Assembly: GCF_018350175.1 (NCBI RefSeq)
Contig: NC_058373.1
Location: 113,338,001-113,402,000, forward strand
Reading direction: 5' to 3'
DNA from: Felis catus
Lineage: Eukaryota
DNA length: 64,000 nt
Shown here one piece after another: positions 63,273 to 64,000 of this stretch. Under the pieces are notes generated by a model. The model was not told the DNA's origin. It made no database searches and saw only the letters and a program-made list of their open reading frames with translations. The position numbers and the translations under genes were made by a program. Within the stretch, counting starts at the first letter, position 1; each line of letters opens with the position of its first letter.

Positions 63273-63792
63273 ACAAACAAACAAACAAACATTGTGGCTA
63301 GTTTAATCTTCTATCCAGGCCACTAAAACCTTCTCCGTATCAACAATAAGGCTGTTTTGCTTGTTTATCATTCTTATGTTCACTGGAACAGCACATTTAA
63401 CTTCCTTCAAAACCTTTTCCATTACATTCACGATTTGGCTAACTCTTTGGTCAAGAGGCCTAGGTTTTGTCCTATCTCAGCTTTTGACATACCTTTCTCG
63501 CTAAGCTTAATCATTTGAAGCTTCTGATTTAAAGTGAGAGACATGCAACTCTTCCTTTCACTTGAACACTAAAAGGCGATTATAGGGTTATTAACTGGCC
63601 TAATTTCAGTCTGAAGTTTCATGAGAATGTGACAGACATTAAGTTGAGCAAATGTTGTTGGAAAATGGTGTTAATAAATTTGTTCAACACAAATTGTGGG
63701 ATGCCACAAATCTTCAATTTGTAAAAAATGCGGTATTTGAAAAGCACAATAAAGTGAAGTGCAATAAAGCGCAATAAAACAAGATATGCCTG
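61260..63792 (-). mobile_element. Near full-length Tigger1 (TcMar-Tigger) DNA transposon fossil
   Basis: TIRs CAGGCATGCC (61260, preceded by TA) and GATATGCCTG (63792); transposase remnant [28 protein letters not shown]; interrupted by (TTTTC)n and a SINE. Confidence 0.92.
62195..62297. repeat. (TTTTC)n simple repeat inside Tigger1
   Basis: Read directly; flanked by duplicated gaatgtatttctt. Confidence 0.9.
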
Positions 63793-64000
63793 TGTTAGAT
63801 CCCTCTAAGCCTGTTTCCTTATCTGAAAATAAGAAATATAACAGTACCGACCTCATAAGGTTGTCTGAAAGGGTTAAAAGAGATAATACACATAATAAGC
63901 ACTTAGCAAATGCTCAGCATATTGAGAGTTTCATAAATAGCAACTACCATTTTTTGAAGTTTATTTTGAGAGAAAGAGCATGTGCATGTGCGCATGGGAA

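Larger units (their letters stand above)
39720..64000. repeat. CanSINEs in ARG2 intron 7 and VTI1B introns (approx. 39720-40305 - x3, 42495-42600 +, 42645-42745 -, 45310-45720 nested, 47555-47790 +, 49837-50040 +, 51195, 52012, 53112, 53320, 54295-54935, 55038, 56678, 57100, 57618, 58400, 59900, 63044, 63953)
   Basis: CanSINE consensus on either strand. Confidence 0.9.

Overview
Mammalian genomic DNA from a carnivore, almost certainly a felid, judging by the very dense feliform-type CanSINEs and carnivore L1s. The window holds the complete 8-exon ARG2 gene (mitochondrial arginase 2) on the + strand: ATG 10530, stop 41589, 1065 nt spliced CDS = 354 aa, all Mn-binding motifs intact, with a CpG-island promoter. 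It also holds coding exons 2-6 of VTI1B (Qb-SNARE) on the - strand; exon 1 lies beyond 64000. The two genes overlap tail-to-tail, with the last VTI1B coding exon lying antisense inside the ARG2 3'UTR. ARG2 intron 2 carries a decayed antisense RPS15 retrocopy. The rest is interspersed repeat: roughly 50 CanSINEs, L1 fragments including a ~6 kb nested L1 block, solo LTRs, MaLR, L2, MIR, hAT MERs and a near full-length Tigger1. I found no novel multi-gene system. The most interesting details are small: an AATAAA in the ARG2 3'UTR spelled by VTI1B codons, an L1 3' transduction, a poly(A)-only insertion, a duplicated palindrome next to the ARG2 exon 5 branch point, an orphan internal L1 fragment and a candidate VTI1B poison exon. 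Repeat family names and human comparisons are from recall, not database searches, and repeat boundaries are approximate unless a TSD is cited.
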